From: Candidatus Omnitrophota bacterium
GTDB lineage: Bacteria > Omnitrophota > Gorgyraeia > Zapsychrales > Zapsychraceae
Direction of reading: 5' to 3'
Length of the DNA: 64,000 nt
Assembly (NCBI GenBank): GCA_015233405.1
Contig: JADFXT010000004.1
Span: 36,470-100,469, forward strand
This document shows positions 55,334 through 63,487 of the stretch, piece after piece. The notes beneath the pieces are model-generated. The model did no database searches, was not told where the DNA came from, and saw nothing but the letters and a program-made list of their open reading frames with translations. How positions within the stretch are numbered: the first letter of the stretch is position 1; every line of letters begins with the position of its first letter. The translations under genes and the position numbers were made by a program.

Positions 55334-55576
55334 TCATTCAACTAAAAAAACAACTTTTGTGGAAGGCTCAATAATACAAACTCCGTCTTGAAAACGGTGG
55401 TCTGGTCCTGCCATAACGGCGATGCCTTTTTTAATATCAAATAAATTCGGGCCGACCTTCTTACAAAACAGAATACAACGAGACCCTTTGTCATCTTTCA
55501 AGGCAGACATTTTACCCCGAAGAAACTGTTCTTTATAACGGCTAACAATACCTTCTTGGACCGAGACCTTGTCCAT
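55334..55576 (-). CDS. Hypothetical small protein
   Basis: 80 aa ORF with a good SD (AAGGAG, 6-nt spacing). No recognisable family. Confidence 0.5.
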   Translation of the reverse strand: MDKVSVQEGIVSRYKEQFLRGKMSALKDDKGSRCILFCKKVGPNLFDIKKGIAVMAGPDHRFQDGVCIIEPSTKVVFLVE

Positions 55577-55601
55577 TTCTTAGCTCCTTTCGAAAACGTG
55601 C

Positions 55602-56537
55602 TTATTGCAATTTTTGGGATATCTCATACAAAACCCCACCGGCAATATCAGCCGCAGGAAGCATATATTTTCGCGCGGAAACGGTTATTTCAGTTTTTTG
55701 TTCTTTTGTTTTCTTAATTTTAAGCACAACATCCGCACCCTTCACATTGGCCTTCATTTCTCCCTTTGTCGCACTCTGCCCGGCGACATTCCCCATACGT
55801 TTTAGGACATCGAGACTGACAGCGTAAGCTTGATCAACCCCAGCATTAAAATCCTGTTTAACACTATCGTTACCGGCAAAAGTTGCTGCAATCCCGACGG
55901 GCAAAATGGCCATGCCGGCTAGCATCGCAACGCCATAGACCTGAGCCCCTTTGATCCCCGCTGATTTCAAAGGCTCCGCCAGAATCAAAACTGCCAACTG
56001 TTGAACACTGGTAATATTTTTATAGGTCTTATGGATATTGACGTCATAAACCCGCACATCCGGCTCAGGATCTTTCCCCGTATAATCTTTTGAGACGATC
56101 TTACCAATACCTAATGTCAGCTTATCAATCTGTAAAGGAAGCGGCTTAGACGTATCTGGCTGTTTCACAACTTTTAATGAATCGACATTGAGCTTGCCGT
56201 CTTTATTCTTGGCAAGTCCCATCTCTTGCAATTCAAGCTCCACCAAAGAAAGGTGCAGTTTTTGTTTCAACAATGCCGCAAGATCATAAGTGACATTAAT
56301 TTTAGGACAAGAAATCAGAACATCTTTGGAAAAGCCGTTGGGATTATATAATTTAAATCCGGAAATGCGGATCGTCGGATGAAAAATGCCAACAGAAAAA
56401 CTATCAATATGAACCGGTGCGCCCGTCACATTGGTGGCTACCACCGTAACGACCGATTTAATAATCAAATCTTTCACGATGGTGATAAAGATTAATGAAA
56501 AAGAAACAATTCCCAAAATGATAAGAATTTTTTTCAT
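55602..56537 (-). CDS. Membrane-anchored hypothetical protein
   Basis: 311 aa with an N-terminal TM (ILIILGIVSFSLIFITIV). The beta-rich N-terminal half is loosely AsmA/DUF748-like, followed by a central hydrophobic segment and a C-terminal soluble part. SD AAAGGAGG upstream. Confidence 0.7.
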   Translation of the reverse strand: MKKILIILGIVSFSLIFITIVKDLIIKSVVTVVATNVTGAPVHIDSFSVGIFHPTIRISGFKLYNPNGFSKDVLISCPKINVTYDLAALLKQKLHLSLVELELQEMGLAKNKDGKLNVDSLKVVKQPDTSKPLPLQIDKLTLGIGKIVSKDYTGKDPEPDVRVYDVNIHKTYKNITSVQQLAVLILAEPLKSAGIKGAQVYGVAMLAGMAILPVGIAATFAGNDSVKQDFNAGVDQAYAVSLDVLKRMGNVAGQSATKGEMKANVKGADVVLKIKKTKEQKTEITVSARKYMLPAADIAGGVLYEISQKLQ

Positions 56538-56598
56538 AAAATAAGAACCTCCTTTATCTTTTTAATAAATATGATACTTATATTAAGAAAATACGCGA

Positions 56599-56650
56599 AT
56601 TGGCTGTTTCCCCTTTTTCTTGACTTTTTTCTATCTCAAACTAAAAAACC
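56599..56650. repeat. Duplicated intergenic segment, copy A
   Basis: attggctgtttcccctttttcttgacttttttctatctcaaactaaaaaacc matches 57536-57587 at 44/52 positions without gaps. Confidence 0.7.
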
Positions 56651-56677
56651 CCTTGGCAGAAAGACAAGGGGTTTTTT
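56643..56677 (-). terminator. Rho-independent terminator after TM-helix-repeat gene
   Basis: AAAAAACCCCTTG-GCAGAAAGA-CAAGGGGTTTTTT, with T-runs on both strands. Confidence 0.75.
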
Positions 56678-56699
56678 AGTTGAACTTTTCCAATACGTT

Positions 56700-57377
56700 T
56701 TATTTCTTGAGCGTACTAATAAACTCTGACACGGATTTTGAAACAATATCTTTGCAGCCTAAACCAAAGGCAATCGCAAATCCAAGACCAAGGGATCCTA
56801 AAATAATGCCGATGGTCAGCTCAACAATTTTGGCGCCGATTTGTAGCTGATCCAAAGCCATGGCAATAGCAAAAACCATGACCACGATTTCGGTTAATTT
56901 GCTAAAGAAATTCACTTGAGAAATCCCGGCGTTGCTGGCAGCAGCCTTGACGATATTTCTCAAAAGGACAGCCGCAAACATGCCGACGATCAAAATAAAT
57001 ATCGCGGCAATAATGTTAGGGACAAACAAGGTTATTCTCTGTAACAGTTCAGCGGCAATGGTCAAACCGACGGAATTTAAGGCAACGACAAAGGTGATCA
57101 GCAAGGACAGCCAATAACAAATGACCCCAACTAATTCAGACAAAGAATAGCTGATGCCGCCTTTTTCCAACAAAATATCTAATTCAATCTTATGGGCAAG
57201 CTCATCTAATTTCAAAAGCTTTAATATCCGCGTAACTCCGATCTCGATGACAAACTTAGATATAAGCCAGCCAACGATCAGAAGAAAAATCACCATAAAA
57301 ATACTACTCACAAAATAACTGACTTGCGCCAAAACCACTTTCGCAGGCGTTATCAATACCCCTTGAAAATTACCCAT
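56700..57377 (-). CDS. Conserved-TM-helix repeat membrane protein (MscS N-terminal-like)
   Basis: 225 aa with repeated units of the type IIAAIFILIVGMFAAVLLRNIV / IILGSLGLGFAIAFGLG. SD CAGGAGG upstream. Confidence 0.7.
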   Translation of the reverse strand: MGNFQGVLITPAKVVLAQVSYFVSSIFMVIFLLIVGWLISKFVIEIGVTRILKLLKLDELAHKIELDILLEKGGISYSLSELVGVICYWLSLLITFVVALNSVGLTIAAELLQRITLFVPNIIAAIFILIVGMFAAVLLRNIVKAAASNAGISQVNFFSKLTEIVVMVFAIAMALDQLQIGAKIVELTIGIILGSLGLGFAIAFGLGCKDIVSKSVSEFISTLKK

Positions 57378-57535
57378 CGTTCACCTCCTGGATTCCTCGA
57401 TTGTTGATGAATGACCTTTCTCAATATGATTCTTTTTTCTCCAATAAAGACTTCAACTAAGGATTTTGCTTATAAGAACGGCGCCCTCCTTTCTTTTATT
57501 AGTCATCATCTTATTGATATTGAAGAAACAAATCT

Positions 57536-57587
57536 ATTGGCTTTTTGCTCTTTTTCCTGACTTTCTTCTACCTCAAACCAAAAATCC
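57536..57587. repeat. Duplicated intergenic segment, copy B
   Basis: attggctttttgctctttttcctgactttcttctacctcaaaccaaaaatcc matches 56599-56650 at 44/52 positions. Confidence 0.7.
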
Positions 57588-57650
57588 TCATCAAACCTCA
57601 CGAAACAAAGTTATTATACCCCCAAAACAGAACCTTGCCTATTGATTTAA

Positions 57651-57687
57651 CCAAAAAGAACCCCCTTGTCCTTTAAGGACAAAGGGG
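57651..57687 (-). terminator. Rho-independent terminator after Spy/CpxP-like gene
   Basis: On the minus strand, CCCCTTTGTCC-TTAAA-GGACAAGGGGG followed by TTCTTTTTGG. Confidence 0.7.
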
Positions 57688-57750
57688 TTAAATGCTTCAT
57701 TTAGAAAACGCTTCCGTTAAGAAACTTCCCAATAAATTTGCTTTTGAAAA

Positions 57751-58305
57751 TTATTTCTGGATTTGCTCTGGCTTCGGATTTCCAGCGGCATCAGGCGGCT
57801 TACCTTTCCATTTTCCCTTCATTCCTTCGCCTTTATGTCCGAAGTGCTCTCTTTTTTGTTCCATTTTCGCCATAAACTTCTTAAATTGTTCGGGCGTTAA
57901 TATTTTTCGTACCTCTAATATGCTGGCAAGCCTCTGATCAAGCATCTGGGCCTGCGCGGCTTTTAAATCCGCCTCAATACGATTCACTTGCTCCATATTT
58001 AACGGGTCCTTTTGAAGTTCTTGACGGAGCAACGACATTTTATCCTTCATATTTTGACCCAAGGCTTTCATTTGGTCCCGGTTCTTACTCTTGTTGGCCT
58101 CAAGCGCCTTCTGTTGTTCTTCGGTCAAATTCAAATCCTTATAAAACTGCCCTTTCTTTCCATGCTTTTCTTTCATCGGTCCTTTTTCCGGTACAACAGC
58201 TTTATCCGGCGTAGAAGCTGGTGCCGGTGTGGCCGCATAAGTCATGGCTGGCGCAAAAACCAATGCCGCTATCAGCAAAAATATTGTTACGTTGATTTTT
58301 TTCAT
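57751..58305 (-). CDS. Periplasmic Spy/CpxP-family (LTxxQ) chaperone-like protein
   Basis: 184 aa with a signal peptide and two LTxxQ motifs (LNLTEEQQKAL, ILTPEQFKKF) in a K/E/Q-rich helical protein. Confidence 0.8.
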   Translation of the reverse strand: MKKINVTIFLLIAALVFAPAMTYAATPAPASTPDKAVVPEKGPMKEKHGKKGQFYKDLNLTEEQQKALEANKSKNRDQMKALGQNMKDKMSLLRQELQKDPLNMEQVNRIEADLKAAQAQMLDQRLASILEVRKILTPEQFKKFMAKMEQKREHFGHKGEGMKGKWKGKPPDAAGNPKPEQIQK

Positions 58306-58326
58306 GACATCTCCTCCTTTTAAATG

Positions 58327-58824
58327 TTATAAAAAATATTCTTCAATGGCTGTTCCAAGCCCTTTTCCCTCATTAATAATGGTATCTTCCGATTCCTCTG
58401 ATAAATAAGAAAGATATTCTGTTTGGTCACCAGACGTTGTCTTGACCACAGATAAATTCCCGGTCTTCAAATGAGCCACAACCCCAAAAAGAATAATGAA
58501 CATGGCCACGGTCGCAAAAACAAACGCGGGTTTAGGAATATAAAAAGCCGGTTTCCAATTTAACCAAAATTTTTCAAGAAAACTTTCCTTCTGTTCTTGG
58601 CCAGAAAGAATGGCGTTCTTTATTCGTGGCCAGAGAAATGACGGCGGTGTCGCGTTCTGAGCTTGCTCAAACGGTTCGATAACCGTTTTCTGTGCGGCAA
58701 TAGAAAACTCCCGGCACTGGACACACCCAGCTAAATGGAGCTCAATATCTTTCTTTTGCTTGGCATTCATCTGAGCGTCTAAATAATCCGTCAAAATGGA
58801 TTCCTGAACTTTTTCACAGCGCAT
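58327..58824 (-). CDS. Anti-sigma factor (zf-HC2 type) with one TM
   Basis: 165 aa. N-terminal C..V......D........K..IE.HLAGCVQC (H-x3-C-x2-C) and a central TM (FVFATVAMFIILFGVVA). 11-nt overlap with the sigma gene. Confidence 0.8.
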   Translation of the reverse strand: MRCEKVQESILTDYLDAQMNAKQKKDIELHLAGCVQCREFSIAAQKTVIEPFEQAQNATPPSFLWPRIKNAILSGQEQKESFLEKFWLNWKPAFYIPKPAFVFATVAMFIILFGVVAHLKTGNLSVVKTTSGDQTEYLSYLSEESEDTIINEGKGLGTAIEEYFL

Positions 58825-59380
58825 TTTTTTGTGCCTCTTTTTTTACGTTCATCAAGGCTTCTCTGGCCCGTTTGAGCCGTGAACGAACGGTATTAACATT
58901 GATCTTCAAAACATCCGCAATTTCCTGATAACTTAATCCCTGCATATTTCGTAAAACCACACATGACCGCTGGTCCGGATTTAAAGATTGTAAAAGCCAT
59001 GTGATCATTTTTTCATTGTGTTCCTTCTCCATTTGAGCTTCTGCCGCATGCGCCGTCGCCACGGGATTTAAGCGTTCATCATATTCGACCGTCTGCGACC
59101 TTTCCTTGGATGTCTTTTTAACGCGATTGAGCGCACAGTTAACGGCGATCCTGTAAACCCATGTTTTAAAAGACGACTGAAAACGAAATTCTTTTAAACT
59201 ATGATAAACATTTAAGAAAACTTCCTGCGTAACCTCTTCAGCGTCTTCTCTATTACTGACAATGCGGAAAGCGACATTATAAACAAATTGCGACGTCGAT
59301 TTATAAATCGATTCAAACGCGTTAAGGTCGCCTTCCGACGCTTTCTTTAAAATATCTTCCAACGGATCCGACATAACCAC
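58814..59380 (-). CDS. ECF-type RNA polymerase sigma-70 family factor
   Basis: 188 aa. Region 2 (DAEEVTQEVFLNVYHSL..F...S.FKTWVYRIAVN) and region 4 (QGLSYQEIADVLKINVNTVRSRLKRARE). Confidence 0.9.
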   Translation of the reverse strand: MVMSDPLEDILKKASEGDLNAFESIYKSTSQFVYNVAFRIVSNREDAEEVTQEVFLNVYHSLKEFRFQSSFKTWVYRIAVNCALNRVKKTSKERSQTVEYDERLNPVATAHAAEAQMEKEHNEKMITWLLQSLNPDQRSCVVLRNMQGLSYQEIADVLKINVNTVRSRLKRAREALMNVKKEAQKNAL

Positions 59381-59483
59381 TTTCTACGAATGTTCGCTAG
59401 ATGAACAGGTTTTTACTTTTTCTTACTATAAACCAACTTGTCCATCAAGTAAAGCCTTGCACTTTTTCTCTATCATAGTTTCT

Positions 59484-60092
59484 TTACTTAACATACATGG
59501 TGCGCAACTGCTCTACTTTCGGGAATTCCGGATAAAATTCTCCTTGCGGCCCGATAAACCCTTTGCCGGAAACTTTTAACGTTACAGCCGTATACCCTCC
59601 GGTCGAATTTGGAATGTTGACTGTAAAAGTATCCGGGGATTTCTCAACGGGAGAATTCGACACAACGGTTGTCGGCTCGACCACAACGGGCTCTGGGACC
59701 TCAACCACCCGATATCCGCCGAATACTTTCTGATAATAAATACCATCATAAGTAAAATACGTCACGCCATCGATAATAACCCGGTGATAACCAGCTGGCA
59801 CGTCATAAACAACTGCGCCCACAGGGGCCGGAACAACAATATAGCCACTGGAATGCTGGCGATAAAAAATACCGGCGCTGTAAAAAAACCGCCCACCGCC
59901 GAAGGTAATAGAAATTCCTCCTCTAGGTAAAACACGTTCAGCATGTCCGAAAGGATAACGATGATGATAAAAATAACGCTCATCATGATCTCTTGCTCCT
60001 GGCCGGGCATTCGCGGACGTTACTTGGCTCAAGAAAATCAATAATAAAAGAGAACCGATCATTCCCCATTTTCTTAAAAGTTTGTTCAGCAT
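59484..60092 (-). CDS. Secreted Y/G/V-rich hypothetical protein (DUF6515-like)
   Basis: 202 aa with a signal peptide. Repeated GxxYYxxxGxFY / VVPAPVGAVV / DGVTYFTYDGIYYQ pattern. Confidence 0.6.
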   Translation of the reverse strand: MLNKLLRKWGMIGSLLLLIFLSQVTSANARPGARDHDERYFYHHRYPFGHAERVLPRGGISITFGGGRFFYSAGIFYRQHSSGYIVVPAPVGAVVYDVPAGYHRVIIDGVTYFTYDGIYYQKVFGGYRVVEVPEPVVVEPTTVVSNSPVEKSPDTFTVNIPNSTGGYTAVTLKVSGKGFIGPQGEFYPEFPKVEQLRTMYVK

Positions 60093-60204
60093 AAAATGCT
60101 CCTTTCTCTAACCAGATTGATTGTTCTTCTCTTTTCACTAGGTTAGACAACGGCTATCTTAAAAAAGTTCCATTTTCTAAAAAATATTTTTACGTGATGG
60201 TCCA

Positions 60205-60233
60205 TTGACGGAAAGATGAGTCAAGTGTAAGAT
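60205..60233 (+). promoter_or_regulatory. Candidate sigma70 promoter for purU
   Basis: TTGACG - 17 nt - TAAGAT, about 40 nt upstream of ATG 60276. Confidence 0.35.
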
Positions 60234-60275
60234 AAATCTAATATTAATCTTTAAAATATTAATAAAGGCCTGCGA

Positions 60276-61124
60276 ATGAATACGTTTATTCTTCTTTTTG
60301 AATGTCACGACCAGCAAGGGATTGTTGCCAAGATCTCTGCGCTTATTTTTAAATATGGTGGGAATATTATCACGGCGGACCAATACAGCAGCGATGTCAC
60401 TAGCGGGCATTTTTTCTTACGGATTGAATTCTTCCTCGATGATCGAAGGACCAGCAAAGAAACGCTTCAAGAAAAACTCGCGCCCATAGCCAAAAAATTC
60501 AAGGCTCAATGTGCTATTTACCAAAAGACTAAACGAATGAATGCCGGCATTCTGGTCTCAGAACCTGGGCATTGTTTGGCGGAAATCCTTTATTTGTGGA
60601 AAACAGGCGAGCTGGCCATGAACATCCCATTTATCATCAGTAATTTTTCTGGCCATCAAGAATTGGCTAAGCAGTACAAAATACCTTTTTATTTCATCAA
60701 GGCGACAAAAGAAAATCGGCGCGAGGACGAATTGCTCAAGATTATCGGCGGGAAAACAGATTTTCTGATTCTAGCCCGGTATATGCTGATCCTCTCCAAA
60801 AATTTCTTAAGCTCTTACAAAAAAGATATCATCAACGTCCACCACGGATTTCTCCCTTCCTTTAAAGGGATGAACCCTTACCAGCAGGCCTTGGATAAAG
60901 GCGTGAAAATTATCGGGGCAACCTCTCATTTTGTCACCGAAGGCCTTGATGAAGGGCCGATCATTGCGCAAGCCGTCGAACACGTCTCGCACACAGACAA
61001 TCTTCAAAGTCTTATCCGCAAAGGCAAAACCCTGGAGAAAAAAGTCTTAGTCGAAGCGGTCCATAATTATATCGATTACCGCATCATTAAATACCGCAAT
61101 AAAACCATCGTCTTTTCTCTATAA
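60276..61124 (+). CDS. purU: Formyltetrahydrofolate deformylase PurU
   Basis: 282 aa. N-terminal ACT domain (ILLFECHDQQGIVAKISALIFKYGGNI) plus a formyltransferase domain (INVHHGFLPSFKG.NPY.QA...GVKIIGATSHFVTE.LDEGPII). Confidence 0.9.
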   Translation: MNTFILLFECHDQQGIVAKISALIFKYGGNIITADQYSSDVTSGHFFLRIEFFLDDRRTSKETLQEKLAPIAKKFKAQCAIYQKTKRMNAGILVSEPGHCLAEILYLWKTGELAMNIPFIISNFSGHQELAKQYKIPFYFIKATKENRREDELLKIIGGKTDFLILARYMLILSKNFLSSYKKDIINVHHGFLPSFKGMNPYQQALDKGVKIIGATSHFVTEGLDEGPIIAQAVEHVSHTDNLQSLIRKGKTLEKKVLVEAVHNYIDYRIIKYRNKTIVFSL

Positions 61125-61141
61125 AATATTCCTCAAAATAA

Positions 61142-61184
61142 TAGCCCCTGATGATCATATTTATCATCAGGGGCTATTTTATTT
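61142..61184 (+). terminator. Rho-independent terminator after purU
   Basis: TAGCCCCTGATGAT-CATATTT-ATCATCAGGGGCTA followed by TTTTATTT. Confidence 0.8.
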
Positions 61185-61209
61185 CTCGTCGAAAACTGTA
61201 GGAAAATTA

Positions 61210-61285
61210 TGGTGGGCGGTGCAGGACTCGAACCTACGGCCGCTTGAATGTAAGTCAAGAGCTCTACCAACTGAGCTAACCGCCC
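61210..61285 (-). tRNA. tRNA-Val (anticodon TAC), CCA encoded
   Basis: Reverse complement GGGCGGTTAGCTCAGTTGGTAGAGCTCTTGACTTACATTCAAGCGGCCGTAGGTTCGAGTCCTGCACCGCCCACCA. Acceptor GGGCGGT/ACCGCCC, anticodon stem CTTGA/TCAAG, loop CTTACAT. Confidence 0.95.
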
Positions 61286-61295
61286 ATTATGAAGC

Positions 61296-61397
61296 AAAAA
61301 TTCGAAATTCGAAATCCAAAAACCGAAACAAGTTCAAATGACCCAAATTCAAAATTTCGTACTTTGATTTTGTTTCGAATTTCGACATTCGGATTTT
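61296..61397. repeat. Imperfect ~100-nt palindromic intergenic element built from TTCGAAAT/CGAAACAA units (copy 2)
   Basis: aaaaattcgaaattcgaaatccaaaaaccgaaacaag ... ttgtttcgaatttcgacattcggatttt. It has the same orientation and context as copy 1, just downstream of a minus-strand stop codon. Confidence 0.65.
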
Positions 61398-61443
61398 ACG
61401 TTTTAAAAAACGACGCCATGATACTACGAAAAACATCTTATTG

Positions 61444-62181
61444 TCAACAAACCATTTCTTTTAAAATCTCTTTCGCTGCCTTAGCCGGATCGGCCGCGGC
61501 CACGATCGGACGACCCACGACGAGGAAATTGCTGCCGTTATCAATGGCATCGGCTGGGGTCGTAACCCGTTTTTGATCGCCGACATCCGCACCCTTAGGT
61601 CGAATACCGGGCGTAACGATAATAAAATCTTTGCCGAATTCTTTACGAATGAGCGCAGCTTCCTGACTAGAGGCGACAACGCCATCGAGCCCTGCGTCCT
61701 TAGCAAGCCGGGCGCGGCTTAAAACCGTTTCGGTAATATTTTCCGTCTTGGCATCACTCGTTAAGACTGTTATTCCGACGATCATAGGCTTTAAGACGCC
61801 CAATTGCGCTGCTGTTTTCTTCGCCGCTTCTTGAGCGAAGCTAAGCATTTCTTTTCCGCCAAGCGTATGGACCGTCAGCATAAAAATTCCATTTTGTTTA
61901 TCACGATTTGCTGCCGTAAAAACGTCTTGATTAAGAGCGACCGCAGCAACGACAGCCGATGCAACCGTATTCGGGATATCATGATATTTTAAATCCAAGA
62001 AAACTTTCTTTCCTAATCCGGCAATATAACGCACGGCGATCGGACCGCACGCCGTGAAAAGCTGGCTGCCGACCTTAAAAATATCGACGACAGGGCTTAG
62101 CGTGTCGATGAGTTTTCTAGCCTCCTCGAACGACGGCACGTCGAGCGCAACGATCAATTGTCCTTTTTTATTCATAATCAA
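61444..62181 (-). CDS. pyrF: Orotidine 5'-phosphate decarboxylase PyrF
   Basis: 245 aa. LIVALDV, FKVG, FLDLKYHDIPNT, and ITPGIR-type blocks. Confidence 0.9.
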   Translation of the reverse strand: MIMNKKGQLIVALDVPSFEEARKLIDTLSPVVDIFKVGSQLFTACGPIAVRYIAGLGKKVFLDLKYHDIPNTVASAVVAAVALNQDVFTAANRDKQNGIFMLTVHTLGGKEMLSFAQEAAKKTAAQLGVLKPMIVGITVLTSDAKTENITETVLSRARLAKDAGLDGVVASSQEAALIRKEFGKDFIIVTPGIRPKGADVGDQKRVTTPADAIDNGSNFLVVGRPIVAAADPAKAAKEILKEMVC

Positions 62182-63071
62182 CTTCCTTGAATACTTCCAA
62201 CCAGCTCTTTAATATCTTTAATTTTATTTTTCTTCATATATTCCTTAATGCCTTCCAAAACCTCGACGGGAGTTTCAGGATTGACAAAACTCGCGGTCCC
62301 GACAGCGACCATCGTCGCGCCAGCGATAATAAACTGTAACGCATCTTCAGCGGTCATGATCCCGCCCATGGCAATTATAGGGATCTTAACCGTCTGTGCT
62401 GTTTTATAAACCATAGCAACGGCAATCGGTCGGATGGCCGGGCCGCTTAAGCCGCCGGTAAAATTTCCGATCATGGATTTTCGTTTATGGACGTCGATAA
62501 CCATAGCCGTAAATGTATTGACCAAGCTGACCGCATCCGCGCCGGCATCTTCCGCTGCCTTGGCAATCACGGAAATATCCGTGACATTCGGCGAAAGTTT
62601 CGCAACAACCGGCATGCGGGCGAGTTTCTTGACGAGCGCAACCACCCTCTTTACCGCTATGGGATCTTGTGCAACCAAAGTTTTGTGTTTTAAATTCGGA
62701 CAAGAGAGATTAAGCTCTAACGCGCTCACGCCAGCTAAATTAAATTTTTCCGTTAGAGCCTGGAATTCCTCGTCGCTGTTTCCCGACACGCTGGCAATTA
62801 CTGGCACGCCAATTTTTTTGATCTCCATCAATTTTCCTGCGATAAAAGCATCCGCGCCCGGATTTTCTATGCCAATGGCATTAACCATTCCGGCGGGCGT
62901 TTCCACAATTCTCGGCGGAGGATTGCCTTGCCTTGCATAAAGCGTCACGGTTTTAGGAATAACCGCGCCTAAGCTGGAAGAAGAATATCCTTCCACAAGG
63001 CCCCACGTTCCCGACGCTACGGTCACAGGGTTCTTAAAAGTCACATTACCAATTTTAACGGAAAGATCCAT
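62178..63071 (-). CDS. pyrD: Dihydroorotate dehydrogenase catalytic subunit PyrD (class 1B type)
   Basis: GNVTFKNPV..ASGT, NAIGIENPG, ELNLSCPN, and GGI blocks. I moved the start to ATG 63071 (MDLSVKIG...). The track start 63134 would read through a GC-rich palindrome and overlap the upstream gene. Confidence 0.9.
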   Translation of the reverse strand: MDLSVKIGNVTFKNPVTVASGTWGLVEGYSSSSLGAVIPKTVTLYARQGNPPPRIVETPAGMVNAIGIENPGADAFIAGKLMEIKKIGVPVIASVSGNSDEEFQALTEKFNLAGVSALELNLSCPNLKHKTLVAQDPIAVKRVVALVKKLARMPVVAKLSPNVTDISVIAKAAEDAGADAVSLVNTFTAMVIDVHKRKSMIGNFTGGLSGPAIRPIAVAMVYKTAQTVKIPIIAMGGIMTAEDALQFIIAGATMVAVGTASFVNPETPVEVLEGIKEYMKKNKIKDIKELVGSIQGS

Positions 63072-63091
63072 GTTTTCTATTTGTACGGTAG

Positions 63092-63111
63092 GGGCGGTTC
63101 GCGAACCGCCC
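63092..63111. repeat. Perfect 20-nt GC-rich palindrome between tauE-like gene and pyrD
   Basis: GGGCGGTTCGCGAACCGCCC, flanked by a further gtacg/cgtac complement. No U-run follows on the minus strand. Confidence 0.8.
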
Positions 63112-63117
63112 GTACGA

Positions 63118-63477
63118 TTATTTAAAAAATGCAATTTTAATGCCGACGAAAACGAGAAACAAGCCGAATATCTTTTTTAATTGCAGATCCGGAATATTTT
63201 CCGCAAAAATAGCGCCGATAAATCCTCCTAAAACAAAACCCAGCGCAATATAACAGGCCATTTGAATCTTGACATTGCCGGCATGATAATAACGCAAGAC
63301 CGCTAAAATCATCACCGGCGGCAGCATCGCCGCTAAGGATGTCCCTTGAGCCTGGTGCTGGGTTAATCCGAACATAAGAATCATGGCCGGGATCATAATC
63401 GCACCGCCGCCCAGACCAAGCATCCCACCCAGAAATCCTGACACAAGCCCGATCATGACATAAAGAAAAATTTGCAT
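63118..63477 (-). CDS. Half-size TauE/SafE-family membrane protein
   Basis: 119 aa with 4 TM. GFLGGMLGLGGGAIMIPAMILMFGL.QHQAQGTSL is the typical TauE N-terminal half. Confidence 0.7.
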   Translation of the reverse strand: MQIFLYVMIGLVSGFLGGMLGLGGGAIMIPAMILMFGLTQHQAQGTSLAAMLPPVMILAVLRYYHAGNVKIQMACYIALGFVLGGFIGAIFAENIPDLQLKKIFGLFLVFVGIKIAFFK

Positions 63478-63487
63478 GAAATTCCTC

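Noticed and set aside
57378-57750. Riboswitch or small ORF (MMTNKRKEGAVLISKILS) in the 373-nt spacer upstream of the TM-helix-repeat gene.
   Set aside because: The mini-ORF has no SD, and I could not draw a conserved-looking aptamer. Only the duplicated segment and the terminator are reported.
59381-59483. ECF-type autoregulatory promoter (GAAC...CGT) upstream of the sigma factor gene.
   Set aside because: Candidate matches (gcgaac, cgta) are too close to the start codon, with poor spacing. This cannot be supported by eye.
61289-61576. 95-aa plus-strand ORF (MKQKFEIRNPKTETSSNDPNSKF...).
   Set aside because: It is the translation of the palindromic TTCGAAAT-type repeat running into the antisense of pyrF. 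It has low-complexity composition and no SD.
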